Positions 30,123-41,689 are shown, numbered from the stretch's first letter. The stretch: 64,000 nt of DNA from Meyerozyma guilliermondii (GCA_051546255.1 CP128821.1:124001-188000), one strand, 5' to 3'. Notes: generated by a model from the sequence alone, not told the origin. Made by a program: numbers and translations.

Positions 30123-32633
30123 TTATGCAATAGTCTGGAACTCGTCGTTATTGGTGTTGACATTTGCGTATCTGAATTTGATGTTCTCATCGTGGGTCTG
30201 TTCTCTCTGCTCCTTTTGCTGCTGCTGTTGTTGCTGCTGTGTCGTCTTTCTCCCGTGGCCATTGCTGGCGGTCTTTTCATTCTTATCGGTGAGTAAACCT
30301 ATCTTCTCATTCATAACGATGGCCAATTCTTGCAATCTCGTTCTTTGAAGGTGCTCCGAGCTCACAAAGTTGATCGATTTTTTATCGTCACTCAAAGAAG
30401 CCGATACTTCTCCACTGGAGATCATCTTGTCGACAATCAGAAGCACTTCTTCTTCATTGATGTCGAAAATCTTGGCCAACTTGACAACAGATAACTTGGT
30501 GTATATGGACTTGTAGGTGAAAATATAAGTTCTCAACCCTTCGACTTGCAATTTTCCTCTCATCATTTCAAGCAATTGATCATTATTGGGAAGCAACTTC
30601 CAGATCTTGATGGTGGACAATAACTTGTAAGCATTATGCCAGTCGCCCTTTTGTAAGCTAATAGATGCGTGGACGATATGATCTTTAATACTCTCTGGAG
30701 GTCCAGTAAAATATTGTCTATCATGGAACTCCAACTTACTCTTGAACGACTTGATGTTGGTCTTTCTTCTAGACTCTTTGGTGGAATTGGAGGCAGCCGC
30801 CAACTGAGGAATCTCAATCAACAAAGAACATGTCATGAACACACACTCCAATAATTCTAAGTTGATATGCATATGGAATGGCAACAATCTTTGTTTCTCT
30901 GCAACGGTAGCTTGACTTGGATACTTGGAGTTAAAACCTTGTCCCAATAATTCTTTCAATCTTTGAGAGTTGGCAATTTCGTTCAACGCCTGATGAGACT
31001 CTTCAATGTTACCATATCTGAAGGCACTCAATCCTAATTGGACCATCGCTCTGTTATACAAAACTTGTATACTAGAATCGGCGTTGTTAATACCTTGGTG
31101 AACCTGTGACGACAAGAACATGTCTCGTGCCACCGAGTAGTCGTTGTTCACAGCGTGATAGTAGACACTGAACAAGAGAGCACCTTTAGGGTAAATGGCT
31201 CCATCTTGCTTCGACAAAAACTCAGCCAATCCATTAATGACGTCCTTGGGCTCCGAGTTCTTGGCTACTATTTGAGAGTCTCCAGAAAGATGTCTCCATG
31301 CTTCACTTTCGTTGGCTTTGATGAGTTGGTCAGGTTTGTAGTAGATATGGTTCATTCTTCTCATCACGATACGGGCCAACTGTTCACCTTGATAAGTACC
31401 TCTAACATGGTCTGGAGTTGTCTTTTCGACATACAACTGGCCCCTGACAACCAAGTTGTAGGTATCTTTTTCGTCCTTCAATCTGTCGATATACTCGAGC
31501 GAATGAGGGTCGGTATTTTGCAAGTAACGGATAAACTCATCATCCAATCTCTCAATATGAGAAGTGACCGAACCTGGCAAAATTCTAATCCCATCAGCAT
31601 TTGCTGGAGGTTCCAAGTCGATATCGTCAGATGCAGTTCCCAATTCAGACACTTGATATTCATTGCTGTGCTTCTCCAAAAAGTCCAAGAGGTCATTGAG
31701 AGTATCCTTGTTCTTCTGCCATTGGTCGAGAGGCATGAAAGCATGGTGAGAGCTGGCATCAAATCTTATAGATAACAACATTTGGTAGATGGAAATGATC
31801 TCGAATGGGGAGCCCTTGGGCGAAACCTCCTCCAACAAGTCCTCCAAAATTTGCACTTGTTCAAACTTGTCGATATTCTTTTTACCACGAGTTTCAGCTA
31901 CCAGCTTCAACGTAGCAAAGACAGGACTCAACGCTCTACCGGTGCTGCTAGCCAAAGGAGTTGCTTGTATCTCTGCATCCTTTTCGATGGTCTCGACTGG
32001 TTCTTCTTTGTCGAACAATTCAGGTTCAGACTTGTATAATTCTACGAGGTGACTGAACTCCTTTACTTGCTTCTTGACTCTTTGCTTGAGAGAGGTGAAC
32101 GCTCTTGCCAAATTGGCATTCATTTTTCTGGTCGACTCCTTCTCGTTGGCGGTGGTCTCAATCAAATAAGCTTCCAAGTCTACCAAACACTTGATGTAAA
32201 AATTAGGAGTTCCAAAGCCTTGTTGGCCAGCCCTCACGAGCAAACGGCCCAATCTTTCAAACTCAGTTAAAGCTGATATCCAGTTCTCTTGACGCTTAGC
32301 ACTGTTGACCGCTTCTACGGCGTCTTTCATGTCATCGGTGAGTTTTTCTTTAGCAGATTTCACCACACGTCTTCCCTCATCTTCGCTGTCTGAGTCCGAG
32401 TCTCCGCCGGCACCCTTACGGAAACTGCTTTTTAAGAAGTAAGCGGGTCCCGAGGGTCTGCCATCTGAATCGGAATCGGAGGAATCGGAGTCGTCATCGT
32501 TGGCAAATTCATCGTCAAATTCACTGTCGGATTCTTGTTCAGAAGACATCAACTCCTCCTCGGAGGAAGTCAACAAGTCCTCCTCTTCGGAGGACAGTTC
32601 CGAATCATACCCTGACACAAAGAACCGAGACAT
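30123..32633 (-). CDS. NIP1: Translation initiation factor eIF3c
   Basis: MSRFFVSGY acidic N-terminus, VVKSAKEK, PFHMHINLELLE and GPPES. Confidence 0.96.
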   Translation of the reverse strand: MSRFFVSGYDSELSSEEEDLLTSSEEELMSSEQESDSEFDDEFANDDDSDSSDSDSDGRPSGPAYFLKSSFRKGAGGDSDSDSEDEGRRVVKSAKEKLTDDMKDAVEAVNSAKRQENWISALTEFERLGRLLVRAGQQGFGTPNFYIKCLVDLEAYLIETTANEKESTRKMNANLARAFTSLKQRVKKQVKEFSHLVELYKSEPELFDKEEPVETIEKDAEIQATPLASSTGRALSPVFATLKLVAETRGKKNIDKFEQVQILEDLLEEVSPKGSPFEIISIYQMLLSIRFDASSHHAFMPLDQWQKNKDTLNDLLDFLEKHSNEYQVSELGTASDDIDLEPPANADGIRILPGSVTSHIERLDDEFIRYLQNTDPHSLEYIDRLKDEKDTYNLVVRGQLYVEKTTPDHVRGTYQGEQLARIVMRRMNHIYYKPDQLIKANESEAWRHLSGDSQIVAKNSEPKDVINGLAEFLSKQDGAIYPKGALLFSVYYHAVNNDYSVARDMFLSSQVHQGINNADSSIQVLYNRAMVQLGLSAFRYGNIEESHQALNEIANSQRLKELLGQGFNSKYPSQATVAEKQRLLPFHMHINLELLECVFMTCSLLIEIPQLAAASNSTKESRRKTNIKSFKSKLEFHDRQYFTGPPESIKDHIVHASISLQKGDWHNAYKLLSTIKIWKLLPNNDQLLEMMRGKLQVEGLRTYIFTYKSIYTKLSVVKLAKIFDINEEEVLLIVDKMISSGEVSASLSDDKKSINFVSSEHLQRTRLQELAIVMNEKIGLLTDKNEKTASNGHGRKTTQQQQQQQQKEQREQTHDENIKFRYANVNTNNDEFQTIA

Positions 32634-32795
32634 ATTACCGTTATAGGGTGGTGATGGGCTCGTAGGTTGTCGATCAAATTTTCAGTGAGGCACAAAAAAT
32701 CTGGGTCTGCAATATACGCGGGGTGCTGGAAAATACGCGCGCCGTTAACCTACACATGAGTATTGATGATAACGGTAATGGTATCGATTGTAATG

Positions 32796-34127
32796 CTAGT
32801 TGTCTACTGTATAACTGCGCACGCGCAGAAACTTGAATGCTTTCTCCTTCTTTAACGAAAAGTTGGTGATCTCTCCTTCTCTATCATCATTATCACTCAT
32901 GCGCTTTCTAACCGCATAGTAGTTGACCCATGCGAGTTTATTGTGCCTGTAGATTCCGCCCAAAGGCTTGATTTGTAGTTGGTAGAAAAACCTATAGTAC
33001 GGCACCGATCCGTTTGCGATTTCTATGGTGATTTCGCCGCTGGAAGATATCGTCCATTTTCCAGTATATATCTTCTGGCTGTCTTTCGTCACAGACTCCG
33101 TAGTAGACGGAATTAAACCCAGCTCTGTATGCTTCAGTAGATACGGCACGATGTTTTTTGGGTCTTCCACCGACAAAACCTTGATACAGGTACCGTCAGG
33201 ATAGAACCGAAGATAGCGGAAATAAGTTATGGTGCGGACTGGGTTCGACCAACTGCTGGAAAATTCTCCTTTTCCTCCCTCCAGATAGTAGTTCACCACG
33301 CTGATGTAACAACCGTCGTACTTGATGAACGGCCGGTGACGAAGCATGTATTTCCATGAATTGTTATATTGTGGAACCACCAAGTGTTGGTTGTTGGGAA
33401 TAGGCAAGTCGCAGTCTTGAACTTTCAAGCGGTCTTCAAGAGTGAGATTTTCTAGATACTCGACATTTTCTTGATAAACTTGCTTTGAATACACCAAAAA
33501 GCACAATTTTCGCCACATCGCCTTGTTGCCAAAACCGAGAAATGCATTGTGACGACAGGTGATAGAAAAATTGAACCACGACTGAGGGCTAGTTACCAAC
33601 AAAATCTCCAAGATCTGCTCCCATATGAATGCCAGCATGTTCATCAACGGTGATATTGGCGAAACATCGGCAATTTCTTCATGGTTATCGAGTCCCAATC
33701 CACTGAACTTGATAGTTAAACCATCATGAATATGCGAGGGATTACTAGGATCAAATGCCTGTGCCTCAATATGCTCGTAGCTCTCAATAAGCTTGTCTAC
33801 GTCCATGTCTTTCAAGGCTGCCTCATCTATTCGTCTGGCTGTGTTTTTGCCATGTTTCTGTTTTAGCTTGTGGATGTTGTGAGGCACCTTTTCATTGCGG
33901 TATAACAAGTCGACCTGATCATTAAGTCGAAATGCACTTCTATACTTCTCCACTGCATCTGCCATTTTTCCATGACTTTCCTTCTCAATAGCTTCTTCGA
34001 AGAGGAGAATGGCCTGGGCGTCGTTCTCTGAAAGTTGACCAATGTCGCCATTTTCTGGTTCTATCATGCTGGAGTCGCGGATATCTTCCGTATTGGAGCT
34101 TCGACTGCTAATGAGTGAGGTGCTCAT
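32796..34127 (-). CDS. HRT3: F-box protein Hrt3/FBXO9-like
   Basis: A.EKE..G.M.DAV..YR.AF TPR-like start, RPFIKYDGCYIS and YFRYLRFYPDG; ATG 34127. Confidence 0.85.
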   Translation of the reverse strand: MSTSLISSRSSNTEDIRDSSMIEPENGDIGQLSENDAQAILLFEEAIEKESHGKMADAVEKYRSAFRLNDQVDLLYRNEKVPHNIHKLKQKHGKNTARRIDEAALKDMDVDKLIESYEHIEAQAFDPSNPSHIHDGLTIKFSGLGLDNHEEIADVSPISPLMNMLAFIWEQILEILLVTSPQSWFNFSITCRHNAFLGFGNKAMWRKLCFLVYSKQVYQENVEYLENLTLEDRLKVQDCDLPIPNNQHLVVPQYNNSWKYMLRHRPFIKYDGCYISVVNYYLEGGKGEFSSSWSNPVRTITYFRYLRFYPDGTCIKVLSVEDPKNIVPYLLKHTELGLIPSTTESVTKDSQKIYTGKWTISSSGEITIEIANGSVPYYRFFYQLQIKPLGGIYRHNKLAWVNYYAVRKRMSDNDDREGEITNFSLKKEKAFKFLRVRSYTVDN

Positions 34128-34293
34128 TGTGCTGAATTTGAAGTGCAACAAGGACCATTAGTTGAACTGAGGTTATCAGTGAACAAATTAGTAAGAAGTC
34201 ACGTGCGCTCAGGCTGCAAAATCGGTACTAGTTGTAGACAGAAAAGGCAGTATACCAGTCAATCTGATTCCAATGTAAACTTGAGAAAGTTGT

Positions 34294-35412
34294 TTATCCC
34301 AACAATTCATCAAGAAACTTGTCGTCGCTTTGTGACGGTTTATACACTCTTTTTTTTGGAACAACAGAACTGGTTTTGCCGGTTTTGCTATCATTGACAG
34401 TTAAGCTGGAGAGAAAGTCGTCGATGTCAGTCGAACCTGCGATCTTTGTTTTGTCGGTTTCACTTTTAGATTTCGAATTTTCACCTAGAAGCAAGTCCAA
34501 CTCGTCGTCGACATTCCCTTCGTCATTCCCCAGGTGTGTAAGCCGAGAATTGAGCATTTGCATCTGTTGTGGGTCGTTTTCGTTGATATTGTTGATTTCC
34601 AAGGTAGGAGCCTTGTTAGCGGTTTTTCCAAATTTTTCTTTCATTTGGCGGTGAAGTCTAGCCTGCTCCGACGCTATCAATCTCTCGTGCATTTCTTTCT
34701 TTTCTTCGTCCGTAAGCTCGGTCACATTATTCTTGGTGTTGTGGCTCTTTCTAGAGGCGATAGAGTCTTGTCCGATCTCAAAACCAATGAGATCTTCGTC
34801 GGAAATTCTATCGATGTTCCGCTGCAGCTGCTTCTCCATGAACGGTTTTGAGTAATCCTGGTCATTGTTTACTATTTGCTTGTAATCCTCTAGACCATAT
34901 TCCAGAAGGAGATCCTCTGAAAGTTTATTTTTAAGTAGTTTTCGGTTCTTTTTGGGTATGACGCTGACATCGGCGCCAGCCATATCATGGGAGATGAACT
35001 CATCGAGCCGTGAAGTTTCAGAATTCTTCTCCATAAATTGTTGCTTGGCTTCGTCTGAGCCTAAATATATGCCATCTATTGCCTCGCCGCCGCGTCCATG
35101 TTCACTGTTATTTTCGGTTGGTTCATGATCAGAGATGTCATTTACCTCGTTTTGAAGATCCACAAGAATCTGTTTTTTGACTTTTTCCTTCTGTTCCTTG
35201 GTGAGCTCTTCGCCGAGTTGTGGGTAATGGAGCTTTAGGAACTCGTCGTCGGAATCATCAGAGTCTTCAAGAAGAGGAACCTTCTTTGCAACCTCTTTTT
35301 TGGAGCTCCATTTGGGCCTTATGACGGCTTCTTCCTTTGATTTATTGAGCCCGTGTTTACGGAGGTACTGTGATTTGGCTTTGCGGTCCCATTTGGAGTC
35401 TTTAAGCACCAT
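34294..35412 (-). CDS. Hypothetical charged protein, 372 aa
   Basis: Long ATG-initiated ORF filling the gap between HRT3 and NMT1; family not recognised. Confidence 0.8.
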   Translation of the reverse strand: MVLKDSKWDRKAKSQYLRKHGLNKSKEEAVIRPKWSSKKEVAKKVPLLEDSDDSDDEFLKLHYPQLGEELTKEQKEKVKKQILVDLQNEVNDISDHEPTENNSEHGRGGEAIDGIYLGSDEAKQQFMEKNSETSRLDEFISHDMAGADVSVIPKKNRKLLKNKLSEDLLLEYGLEDYKQIVNNDQDYSKPFMEKQLQRNIDRISDEDLIGFEIGQDSIASRKSHNTKNNVTELTDEEKKEMHERLIASEQARLHRQMKEKFGKTANKAPTLEINNINENDPQQMQMLNSRLTHLGNDEGNVDDELDLLLGENSKSKSETDKTKIAGSTDIDDFLSSLTVNDSKTGKTSSVVPKKRVYKPSQSDDKFLDELLG

Positions 35413-35738
35413 ACTTGTAAGCTTTAGTGTAAGACGAGAATAATTTTATAAATGATAAATACTGCGAAATTTCAAAAATGCGCAAAATGGAGCGAACAGG
35501 GCCAAAGAGTAGAGACAGAAAATAAGTGTCAAACGAGTGACAAGTAAAAGAAATGCAAAACTCAAACCATTGTGAGGTCTTTGTGATATATACAAAACCA
35601 CAAGCTGCAATGGCAATTATTTCACATTTTACTCCTATATCTCCCTCTACACTCTTCCTCCTCTCCATTTCCGCGGCACGCATTTTTCGGTACCTCGCTT
35701 CGCGGCGGTGATTTATTTTACTTTTACAAGTACCGAAT

Positions 35739-37076
35739 ATGGCCGATAACACACCCAAGGCAATTGAGGAGCTTTTGAAGCGTCTCACGGCGGGAGAACC
35801 GTTGGATGAACAGCAGCAGAAGCAAATGAAGGACTACAAGTTCTGGAAAACTCAACCTGTTCCACTGCTTGACGAAAAGATAGAGTCTGAGGGACCTATC
35901 GATTCTTCCAAAACTCCAGATGATATCCCCGATACCCCCTTACCGCTCATTTCCGAGTTTGAGTGGTCCACCATCGACATTACCGCGAATAGCGAACTTG
36001 AGGAGTTGTACCAGCTTTTGTATGAACACTACGTCGAAGATAAAGACTCGACTTTTAGATTCAAATATTCCCACGATTTCTTCAAATGGGCATTAAAGCC
36101 TCCAGGATGGAAAAAGGTGTGGCACGCCGGTGTCCGAGTCAAGGCTACGGGAAAATTGGTGGCGTTTATTTCTGCAGTGCCTGTGACGTTAAAACTCAAC
36201 AAATCGGGTAAATTGATACCCAGTGTGGAAATTAATTTTTTGTGCATCCACAAAAAGCTCCGAGCCAAGAGATTGGCGCCGGTTTTGATCAAGGAGATCA
36301 CCAGAAGAGTCAACAAGGACGATATCTGGCAGGCATTGTACACTGTGGGTGCTGTATTGCCGCTGCCCATTGCTACTTGTCGCTACACTCACCGCCCACT
36401 AAACTGGTCCAAACTCTACGATGTGGGATTCTCCCATTTGCCTCCCAAACAGACCAAAGCTTCCATGGTTGCTCGGTATAGTCTTGCAAATGTCACCAAG
36501 ACCGAGGGTCTTCGTTTAATGAGGGAAGAAGACGTTGATCAAGTTCTCGAACTTCTTAACGAATATCAAAAACGGTTCGATATTGTTCAAGTGTTCACCA
36601 AGGAAGAAGCTGCCCATTGGTTTCTCGGCGGTGAGAGTGCGGCCAATGGCCAATCTCCCGTCATCAAGACATACGTTGTTGAGCAAGGGGGCAAGATCAC
36701 CGACTTTTTCTCGTACTATCTTTTGCCATTTACAGTTCTCAATGATGTCAACCATGACGAATTGGGCATTGCTTATCTTTACTACTATGCTACCGACTCC
36801 TACAAGAAAGAGGAAAGCGTCTACAAAAAGCGTTTACAACAGCTTATAGGCGATGCTCTTGTCACCGCCAAGCAATTCAACGTTGATGTGTTCAATTGTT
36901 TGACGTCACAAGACAATCCATATTTTATTAAGGACCTCAAGTTTGGCAGTGGAGATGGCTATCTCAACTACTACTTGTTCAATTATAAGGTATGGCCTCT
37001 CCACGGAGGAATTGACCCTACTACGAAGGAAGTGGAAGACTACAAAACCAGTGGTGTCGGTGTGGTGTTACTTTAG
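35739..37076 (+). CDS. NMT1: N-myristoyltransferase
   Basis: [49 protein letters not shown] and GVVLL C-terminus. Confidence 0.98.
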   Translation: MADNTPKAIEELLKRLTAGEPLDEQQQKQMKDYKFWKTQPVPLLDEKIESEGPIDSSKTPDDIPDTPLPLISEFEWSTIDITANSELEELYQLLYEHYVEDKDSTFRFKYSHDFFKWALKPPGWKKVWHAGVRVKATGKLVAFISAVPVTLKLNKSGKLIPSVEINFLCIHKKLRAKRLAPVLIKEITRRVNKDDIWQALYTVGAVLPLPIATCRYTHRPLNWSKLYDVGFSHLPPKQTKASMVARYSLANVTKTEGLRLMREEDVDQVLELLNEYQKRFDIVQVFTKEEAAHWFLGGESAANGQSPVIKTYVVEQGGKITDFFSYYLLPFTVLNDVNHDELGIAYLYYYATDSYKKEESVYKKRLQQLIGDALVTAKQFNVDVFNCLTSQDNPYFIKDLKFGSGDGYLNYYLFNYKVWPLHGGIDPTTKEVEDYKTSGVGVVLL

Positions 37077-37103
37077 CATAGTTAATAAAAATCCTGCAGA
37101 TGG

Positions 37104-37124
37104 TGAAAAATTTCAGCTCATCGC
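37104..37124 (+). promoter_or_regulatory. RRPE plus PAC ribosome-biogenesis elements of PWP1
   Basis: TGAAAAATTT 37104-37113; GCTCATCGC 37116-37124. Confidence 0.8.
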
Positions 37125-37148
37125 GATGCCAATTCTAGTTAAGAAACA

Positions 37149-38816
37149 ATGATATCTGCTAGCGGATGGGTCCCGCGTGGATTTGCTTCTGAATTTCCCG
37201 AAAAGTACGAACTCGATGACTCGGAAATGGAGAGAATCACTGCAATGGCAAAACTTCAATTGGAGGAAGCCACGGAAAACGGCGATGAAGAAGACGATTC
37301 CGCCGAACAAGTATCCAAAAAACAAGCCAAGTTGGGCTCCCAAATCGATATAGACGATGATTTGAAGGAGTATGACTTGGAGAACTACGATGAAGAAGAA
37401 GGAGAGTCCGAGGCAGCCACCATGTTTCCCGGAATGGATGCCACTATTCAAGACAACGGTGAAGATGGAACATACTTGACATTGCCTACCGAGGAAGACA
37501 TGCAAGAAGAAAAACAGGAATCACAAATCTACCCCACAGACAACTTGGTTCTTGCCACGAGAACCGAGGACGATATTTCGTATCTCGATGTGTACATTTA
37601 CGACGATGGAGCAGGCGCACCAGAGGGTGCTACCGAGGAAGAAGAAGACAAATTTGACCAAGACGTGGCCAAGGGCTTGGTGAGAGAGTCAAGTTTGTAT
37701 GTGCATCACGACTTGATGCTTCCAGCATTTCCATTGTGTGTTGAGTGGATTAATTTCAGACCGGATGCCAGTGATAAGATTGGTAACTTTGCAGCCATTG
37801 GAACATTTGACCCTCAGATTGAAATATGGAACTTGGACTGCATTGACAAGGCATTTCCTGACATGATTTTGGGAGAACCGGAAGCTAACTCGCTTGCAGG
37901 AATTAAGAAAAAGAACAAAAAGAAGAAGAAGAAGTCTCAGCATACAACCACACATCATACCGATGCTGTGCTTTCCTTAGCACACAACCAGAACCAACGC
38001 TCAGTCTTGGCTTCGACTTCGGCCGATAAAACTATCAAGTTGTGGGATTTGAACCACGGCACAGCAGTGAGGTCCTTCAACTCTATCCATTCCAACAACA
38101 CTGTTTCGTCTTCACAATGGCATTCGCAAGAGGCCTCTATCTTACTTACCGGAGGATACGACGGCACTTGTGCTGTTTCGGATGTGAGAATATCGGATGA
38201 GAGTAAAATTTCAAGAAACTATAAAGTGGGTCAAGGCGAAGAGGTTGAGAATGTCGCTTGGGGCGCTACTCCCGAGATTTTCTACGGAGGTACCGATAGC
38301 GGAAACGTCTACTGCTTTGACATCAGAGTCGCAGAAAAACCACTTTGGACTTTGCATGCTCATGATGCAGGCATTTCTTCATTATCTGTAAATAAGAATA
38401 TCCACGGAATGTTAGCTACTTCCGCAATGGGAGAGAAAGTTGTCAAGCTCTGGAAATCACCAACTACCGAGTCTGGTCCCTCAATGGTGTTGTCGAGAGA
38501 TTTTGGTCTTGGAAATGTCTTGACATCTTCATTTGCTCCTGACATCGAAGTCTCTGGTCATTTATGCGTTGGTGGTGTTAGCGGAGCATTGAAGGTATGG
38601 GATGTTTTGTCCAATAGAACTGTTCGAGGCAGCTTCCGCGACGAGTTGAAAGACTTGCGTACGAGAGCTAGAGAAGCTGCAAAAGAGCAAGGAAGAGCTT
38701 CAAGAATTGCAAGAAAGTATACAGGTGAAACCAAAGAGGAAACGATTATGACTGTTGATGCAGGCGGGCTTGATGATGAGTCTGATTCAGAGGAGGAAGT
38801 TGACGAAGAAGAGTAA
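37149..38816 (+). CDS. PWP1: WD40 ribosome biogenesis protein Pwp1
   Basis: MISASGWVPRG, YVHHDLMLPAFPLCVEW and WD repeats; adjacent to NMT1. Confidence 0.95.
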   Translation: MISASGWVPRGFASEFPEKYELDDSEMERITAMAKLQLEEATENGDEEDDSAEQVSKKQAKLGSQIDIDDDLKEYDLENYDEEEGESEAATMFPGMDATIQDNGEDGTYLTLPTEEDMQEEKQESQIYPTDNLVLATRTEDDISYLDVYIYDDGAGAPEGATEEEEDKFDQDVAKGLVRESSLYVHHDLMLPAFPLCVEWINFRPDASDKIGNFAAIGTFDPQIEIWNLDCIDKAFPDMILGEPEANSLAGIKKKNKKKKKKSQHTTTHHTDAVLSLAHNQNQRSVLASTSADKTIKLWDLNHGTAVRSFNSIHSNNTVSSSQWHSQEASILLTGGYDGTCAVSDVRISDESKISRNYKVGQGEEVENVAWGATPEIFYGGTDSGNVYCFDIRVAEKPLWTLHAHDAGISSLSVNKNIHGMLATSAMGEKVVKLWKSPTTESGPSMVLSRDFGLGNVLTSSFAPDIEVSGHLCVGGVSGALKVWDVLSNRTVRGSFRDELKDLRTRAREAAKEQGRASRIARKYTGETKEETIMTVDAGGLDDESDSEEEVDEEE

Positions 38817-38914
38817 TTGCATGTATAATATATAACCACCAATAATCATTAACTCTAGGGGCCCATTGCTGCAACCTGCTCTTAACAAGTCAGGAAAGGA
38901 AAACATACAGAAAA

Positions 38915-38988
38915 GGTCCCTTGGCCCAGTTGGTTAAGGCGTGGTGCTAATAACGCCAAGATCGGCGGTTCGATCCCGCCAGGGACCA
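38915..38988 (+). tRNA. tRNA-Ile(AAT)
   Basis: GGTCCCT/AGGGACC acceptor stem, TGGTG-CTAATAA-CGCCA anticodon arm, GGTTCGATCC, T-rich tract downstream. Confidence 0.97.
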
Positions 38989-39173
38989 TTTATTTTTATT
39001 CAACCTTTCATTTTTGGCGATTTGCCGGTGCTCGCTCCAATAAGATCGTGTATGACTTTTATATGTTTACCCATACTTCACAACTTTCTTGGTCATTATA
39101 TTCCGGTATCGTCTTCGTGAAAGTGCAATTCCGATTCGTATAGTTACTGGCTCTTCAAGACACCCATACAAAA

Positions 39174-39246
39174 GGGCGTGTGGCGTAGTTGGTAGCGCGT
39201 TCGCTTAGCATGCGAAAGGTCTCCGGTTCGACTCCGGACTCGTCCA
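39174..39246 (+). tRNA. tRNA-Ala(AGC)
   Basis: GGGCGTG acceptor with G3:U70, TTCGC-TTAGCAT-GCGAA anticodon arm, GGTTCGACTCC, T tract. Confidence 0.97.
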
Positions 39247-39365
39247 TTCTTTTTTGCAACTTTTCTGCAAGATACCACTAAAATATCTAATATCTTATTC
39301 TAATCTATAACGTCGAGTTATTTCAAGCTAAAATGGATAAAAATACACTATAAATGAACTTACAA

Positions 39366-41195
39366 TCAAAGCACAACATTGGATGCCAATTTCTTCTTGT
39401 AGTCAAGAATGCCTCCTTCCCATCTTGTTGCAGTCTTGTTTTCGATCACGAAAATATCCTTAGCGACTTTATCCAACAATCTGAAATCATGCGACACAAC
39501 AACCACACCTCCATTAAATGAGTTAATGGCCTCTGCTAAGGAATCGATCGTAGTCAAATCCAAACCGTTAGTAGGCTCATCCAACAAAATCAAGTTGGGA
39601 GATTCCAATGCCAACAATGCAAAGACAACACGAGATCTTTGACCTTCAGATAATGTGGCCATCTGGGAGGTCTGTCCTTCACCAGTCAAACCGTAACGGC
39701 CCAATTGAGATCTCCAGTATTGGTAATCTTGAGAGATATGGGAGAACTTGTCACGGACAAATTCCAATGGAGTTTTGGTCAAATCTAACTGATCAGCCGA
39801 ATGTTGAGAGTAGACTCCCAATTTGATGTGAGTGTGCTGGATAACTCTACCGGCTTGAGGTTGTAATTTACCTTGGAAAAGTTTCAACAAGGTTGACTTA
39901 CCCACACCATTGGGACCAACCAAGGCAACTCTAGAATCCATATCGATACCAATGTCCAAGTTTTCATACAAGTTGTCTTCTGGATTGCCGGAGTAAGAGA
40001 ACGACATGTTGTCGAATGCCAAAACTGGAGGAGGCAACTTCTCGACCTCTGGGAATCTGAAGGTGAAAACCTTGTCAGGAACCACTGGTTGAATCAAACC
40101 ATCGGCTTCCATTTTATCCAAAATCTTTTGCTTGGATTTAGCTTGCTTGACCAAGTTGGCGTAAGTACCAGCGGAAGCAATGAACTTCTTGATGTGTTGA
40201 ATTTCTTCTTGTTGTTTGGCGTATTGTTTCATTTGATTAGTTTCCAATTCAGCTCTGGTCTTGACGTAAGAATCGTAGTTACCACCGTACAATTGGATAC
40301 CCTTCAATCTCATGTCGATCATGTTGGTACACACTCCGTTCAAGAAATCTTGCGAGTGAGAAACCAAAATCAATGTTCTTTCCCATCTCTTCAAGTATTC
40401 TTCCAACCACACACACGCAGCCAAATCCAAGTGAGCAGTAGGGTCGTCCAACAACAACAAGGTAGGCTTGACGAAAAGAGCCTTGGCCAAAGCCACACGC
40501 ATTCTCCATCCACCAGACATGTCTTTAGTCTTCTTTTTAATGGTCACCGAGTTGAAACCCAAACCGGTCAAGATAATGGCGGCTCTCGACTCAAAAGTTG
40601 ATGGGTCCATTGTGTCGATTTTTTCATAGATACCATCCAATGTGGGGTCCTCTGGTCCCTCCTTTACAATAATATCCTCAACCAAATCCTCCAATCTTTT
40701 CAACTCGTGTTCGGCTTCTCTGACAACGTACTCAAGAGCAGACCATTCAGTAGCCTCGGCAGGCTCGTTCAACAAGTAAATATCGATGTGTTCTGGAATG
40801 GGGAACTCTCTGGCAGCAATGGATTTCAACAATGTAGATTTACCACATCCATTTTCTCCCAATAAACCGTATCTACGACCATAGTTCAACTCCAATGTGG
40901 AGTCCTGGATCAACACTTTACCATGGAACAACAAACTGACAGACGACAACTTGACATCTCTGGAAGCGGGCAATGACTCCAACACACCAGTGACCACTCT
41001 GTCGGAAATACCATCGTCATCAGCTTGCAATTTAAGTCTGGCAATCTGAGCTGCTTCATCGTCTTCTTCCTTTTCTTCGGCGTCTTTGGCAGCTTGTTTC
41101 TTGGTCTTCTTTGTTGTCTTGCCACTCTCGGCCTTCTTGGCCTCTCTCTCAGCACGCTTTTGTTCTCTTTTAGCTTTGGAAGCGGAAACAGACAT
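39366..41195 (-). CDS. ARB1: ABCF-family ATPase (ABCF2)
   Basis: Two ABC cassettes (GENGCGKST/MSGGW and GPNGVGKST/LSEGQ), no TM segments; PAC GCGATGAG at 41242. Confidence 0.95.
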   Translation of the reverse strand: MSVSASKAKREQKRAEREAKKAESGKTTKKTKKQAAKDAEEKEEDDEAAQIARLKLQADDDGISDRVVTGVLESLPASRDVKLSSVSLLFHGKVLIQDSTLELNYGRRYGLLGENGCGKSTLLKSIAAREFPIPEHIDIYLLNEPAEATEWSALEYVVREAEHELKRLEDLVEDIIVKEGPEDPTLDGIYEKIDTMDPSTFESRAAIILTGLGFNSVTIKKKTKDMSGGWRMRVALAKALFVKPTLLLLDDPTAHLDLAACVWLEEYLKRWERTLILVSHSQDFLNGVCTNMIDMRLKGIQLYGGNYDSYVKTRAELETNQMKQYAKQQEEIQHIKKFIASAGTYANLVKQAKSKQKILDKMEADGLIQPVVPDKVFTFRFPEVEKLPPPVLAFDNMSFSYSGNPEDNLYENLDIGIDMDSRVALVGPNGVGKSTLLKLFQGKLQPQAGRVIQHTHIKLGVYSQHSADQLDLTKTPLEFVRDKFSHISQDYQYWRSQLGRYGLTGEGQTSQMATLSEGQRSRVVFALLALESPNLILLDEPTNGLDLTTIDSLAEAINSFNGGVVVVSHDFRLLDKVAKDIFVIENKTATRWEGGILDYKKKLASNVVL

Positions 41196-41689
41196 TTTGA
41201 CCTAGTTTGAGCGTTGCAAATGTGCCTGGATTTTTTTCACTGCGATGAGAAATTTTTTTGGCACAGACACACTGGTGAATTGCTGTTGGGACACATATGC
41301 AAGTAGCGAATGGTACCGGGGAAAGAGTGCGGCGAGATAAACAGAGAAGACACTAGAGGTAAAGTGACCAATAACTTCGAAAGCCAATTTTTCAGTTTGA
41401 ATTTTAGTGTCTGTCGAGCCGCAATTTGCAACCTAGTTGCAGCCAATGGTTGCAAATGAACTTTCGACTGAAATTAACCTTTAGTTTTTAATTGGCTCTT
41501 AATCCTCTCATACGTACAGAAACACTATATAACCCATAGCCAACTCTGTGCAATTTTGTTGTTGTCCATTTCTCTGCACTTTTTCATTTCTCATTTCTCA
41601 TTTCTCGCTGTCGGGGTTTCGCTCTTTGTGTAACAGTCGCACAGTGGCGAGCCATCTACCCCAGTTTCCAAAAACAAATCATACCATTG

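Noticed and set aside
38989..39173. Possible LTR or ncRNA between the two tRNA genes
   Set aside because: No TG...CA LTR boundaries, target-site duplication or snoRNA boxes recognised.
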